Assembly: GCA_963805855.1 (NCBI GenBank)
Contig: CAWDVW010000005.1
Span: 96,001-160,000 of the forward strand
Direction: 5' to 3'
DNA: 64,000 nucleotides
Source: Candidatus Dadabacteria bacterium
GTDB taxonomy: Bacteria; Desulfobacterota_D; UBA1144; Nemesobacterales; CSP1-2
Positions within the stretch are counted from its first letter, which is position 1. The number at the start of each line of letters is the position of its first letter. Positions 61,644 to 64,000 of this stretch are shown piece by piece. Both the position numbers and the translations under genes were made by a program. The notes beneath the pieces are model-generated. The model was not told the DNA's origin and ran no database searches. It was given only the letters and a program-made list of their open reading frames with translations.

Positions 61644-62501
61644 ATGCTAGCAAAGATGACAGTTGCGGTTATATTCCTCCTTTTAGTATGGGGGAATATA
61701 GTAGCAGGATTAAAAGCGGGACTTGCATGTCCCGACTGGCCTCTTTGTCACGGGCAGGTTGTTCCACCCTTCAGGTGGGATATATACATCGAATTTTTTC
61801 ATCGCTTAATCGGGGCTACCGCGAGTATCCTACTGATTGTGCTGTCTTACAAAAGGTTCCGAGAATACCCCGGTTTAGCAAAACTCATACCAATCCTGAC
61901 AGTTGCTCTGCTTATTTTCCAGATAACTCTTGGTGGTATAGTCGTATTGATGAAACTTCCCGTTGATCTCACAACCTTTCACTTTGCAACCGCACTAATA
62001 ATATTTACATTGACTCTTTATCTGGCGTCCTTTGACGGCAAAATTGATATGCCTTCATTTTCACTGGGTAACTTTGGTTGGCTGTTTTTTTCCCTAGCGC
62101 TATTGATCTTCGTACAGGCTGTATTAGGAGCCTACGTAAGACACACCGACGCGGGACTGGCCTGCCCTGATTTTCCAAAATGCCTGGGACACTGGATTCC
62201 CCCTGTTTTAAGGGGAATTGTCCTGACCCACTATATACACAGGTCGGTTGCTTATCTTATTTTCATTGTCATATTCTCGATCTTCATTTATTCCTTTATC
62301 GATCGGCAACTAAGACATTTCCGCTCAAAAATAATCTTGCTGATCATCCTGATTTTTCTCCAGATACTTGTGGGTGTCGGTGTTGTTCATTCCAAACTTT
62401 TCTTTGGGATTACGGCAATCCATATCTCATTAGCCCTTTTGATTCTCGGCACAGTGCTTTATACTTGGTTTAAAGACATGAAGGAAAGTCACGCATCATA
62501 A
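61644..62501 (+). CDS. ctaA: heme A synthase (COX15/CtaA)
   Basis: GLACPDWPLC, EFFHR, second GLACPDFPKC, HR and H ligands. Confidence 0.9.
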   Translation: MLAKMTVAVIFLLLVWGNIVAGLKAGLACPDWPLCHGQVVPPFRWDIYIEFFHRLIGATASILLIVLSYKRFREYPGLAKLIPILTVALLIFQITLGGIVVLMKLPVDLTTFHFATALIIFTLTLYLASFDGKIDMPSFSLGNFGWLFFSLALLIFVQAVLGAYVRHTDAGLACPDFPKCLGHWIPPVLRGIVLTHYIHRSVAYLIFIVIFSIFIYSFIDRQLRHFRSKIILLIILIFLQILVGVGVVHSKLFFGITAIHISLALLILGTVLYTWFKDMKESHAS

Positions 62502-62532
62502 TTGTGTTAGAGACTTATAGACTTTTATCATT

Positions 62533-63421
62533 ATGGAGAATATATTAAGACAACCGGCAAAGATCGCCACTTCAACTTTACTATTATTAAAACCAAGGAT
62601 TATCCTGAGTGTCGCCTTTACGGGATTTGCTGCGATGGTTCTTGCATTCCAGGGAACACCCCCTATTGATAAGACCTTCTATTGTATCTCCTCTTTGCTC
62701 CTTAGCGCCGGCGGCGCCGCAATTCTCAACAATGTCCTGGACAAGGAAGTGGATATTCTCATGTCAAGGTTGAATAAACGAGTTGAAGCGATGCAAATCG
62801 TTGGTGAAAAATTTGCCATTTTTATTGCAGTTTCCTTTATATTGATTTCACTCTTCATATCATTTTATTTGATAAATATAGTAAACGGGATACTCATCAT
62901 CGCCGCGATACTGAGCTACACATTACTTTACACACTTTATTTAAAGCGTAGTTCTCCCTACGGAACGATACTTGGCGGAATACCAGGGGCACTCCCGGTT
63001 CTAATTGGATTCTCTGCGATTAACCCGGGCCTTGGATTGAGCGGCCTGATCTTATTTTTATTCATGATCCTTTGGCAACCCCCCGCATTTCTGGGCCCTT
63101 GCACAAAAATATAAGGAGGATTACAGGAGTGCCGGAGTACCGGTCATGCCGGTCGTGCTGGGAACAAAATATACAAATATCCTCATGCTCATCTACGCCG
63201 TGTCACTCCTCCCACTTTCTCTATCTCTATGGTTTTTTGGATATAGCTCCGCATATTACGCAATCCTGGCTATTATATTCGGAATCTATTTTGAATACGT
63301 CTTCATAAAGTGTGCAGCGACAAACTCTGGTTATGGGAAGGCTTTCGGGGTATCAATACTATATATGCTGGTTATTATGCTCTCTCTTGTCTTCGATATC
63401 TTTCTTAGATCCGCATCGTAA
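62533..63421 (+). pseudogene. cyoE: protoheme IX farnesyltransferase, frameshifted (+1 C at 63079-63084)
   Basis: LLKPRI, D.LMSR...R, YTLYLKR, GG.PGALP; removing one C from the C6 run gives [26 protein letters not shown] and joins both ORFs into 295 aa. Confidence 0.88.
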
Positions 63422-63543
63422 TCAAACATCAATTTAATTCCTTCATGTATTTTTTAGCGTTCCTGCTAATACTTACACTTTGTTGACGGCAATTGATCTT
63501 AACCTTCTTACTAATTTCTTTGTCTTAATGCAAAGAGGCAATT

Positions 63544-63862
63544 CTTCGACTTTGCTCGGGACAGGGCTACCCCCTTGTTGTCATTCCCGCGGATTGTTAG
63601 CGGGAATCCAGAAAAACATATGGATGCCCGATTACGGTCCTCGGGCATGACAGAATATAGAGATTGCTTCAATTTGTTCGCAAATTTCGCAATGACGCGA
63701 CTTAAGCTTATTGTGTCGATGGCATTCCAAAAATTGCGTTAAGAAAATCAGGAACGAAGACGTCAGAATCTCCCTAACCCGTTCACACTGAGTTCATCGA
63801 AGTGTGCAATTACTCCACTTGGTGAGCTAAAATCATCCTTCGACCGGGCTCAGGATGTCCGG
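63544..63862. repeat. cluster of REP/MITE-like palindromic elements
   Basis: TGTCATTCCCG...CGGGCATGACA (63579-63652); GAGATTGCTTC...TCGCAATGAC (63660-63696); CCGTTCACACTGAG..TCGAAGTGTG / CATCCTTCGA..GCTCAGGATGTCCGG (63779-63862). Confidence 0.7.
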
Positions 63863-63904
63863 ATTCGAGACTCTGCCATCAATTAGTGTGAAAATAAAAA
63901 ATCT

Positions 63905-64000
63905 TCAGGACTTTTGATCGAGAATCGTCAGTCCAGGGAGTAATTCCTTCATCCTTTCATATGGTTCTTTAAGCGTTTGGATAGCTTCCACCCAAAAGTC
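63905..64000 (-). CDS. 3' end of a CDS entering from outside the window, possibly an M3 oligoendopeptidase
   Basis: Open minus frame DFWVEAIQTLKEPYERMKELLPGLTILDQKS*; DFW..AI..L resembles PepF-type C-termini. Confidence 0.4.
   Translation of the reverse strand, partial: DFWVEAIQTLKEPYERMKELLPGLTILDQKS

Noticed and set aside
1878-62473. Many 60-180 aa ORFs overlapping recognised genes on the opposite strand or in another frame
   Set aside because: Shadow ORFs with no motifs or RBS

Overview
Gene-dense, AT-rich (by eye) bacterial chromosome segment made mostly of core genes: partial trmFO, glyQS, ppdK, a zapB-like/zapA/5-FTHF cyclo-ligase/rny/ymdB block, prfA, mqnA/mqnD, hisAF, meaB, pcm, an RNase E/G, rpsU, mce, tatA, gdhA, cls, trxB, mreBCD-mrdA-rodA and an SCO-coxBACD-ctaA-cyoE caa3 oxidase operon. 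The gene set and order suggest an aerobic, menaquinone-using diderm of the broad deltaproteobacterial/Desulfobacterota radiation, possibly Dadabacteria-like (inference only). I saw no rRNA, tRNA, CRISPR array, integrase or transposase. Strongest candidates for novelty: (1) a PHA locus with a class III/IV PhaC, a convergent PhaB and TWO small paralogous PhaE/PhaR-like subunits, one with a basic tail and one with an internal duplication; (2) a DapF-fold protein with both catalytic cysteines replaced by serine, heading an operon with an amidohydrolase and a gamma-glutamylcyclotransferase/Zn-hydrolase fusion; (3) a histone H1-like protein built from eight 18-bp repeats; (4) three broken genes the ORF track hides (in-frame TAA in a P1 peptidase, +1 C in cyoE, a start-less NhaP C-terminal remnant); (5) REP-like palindromic elements and a clear MarR operator. 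All family calls come from motif recognition by eye, not from database searches.
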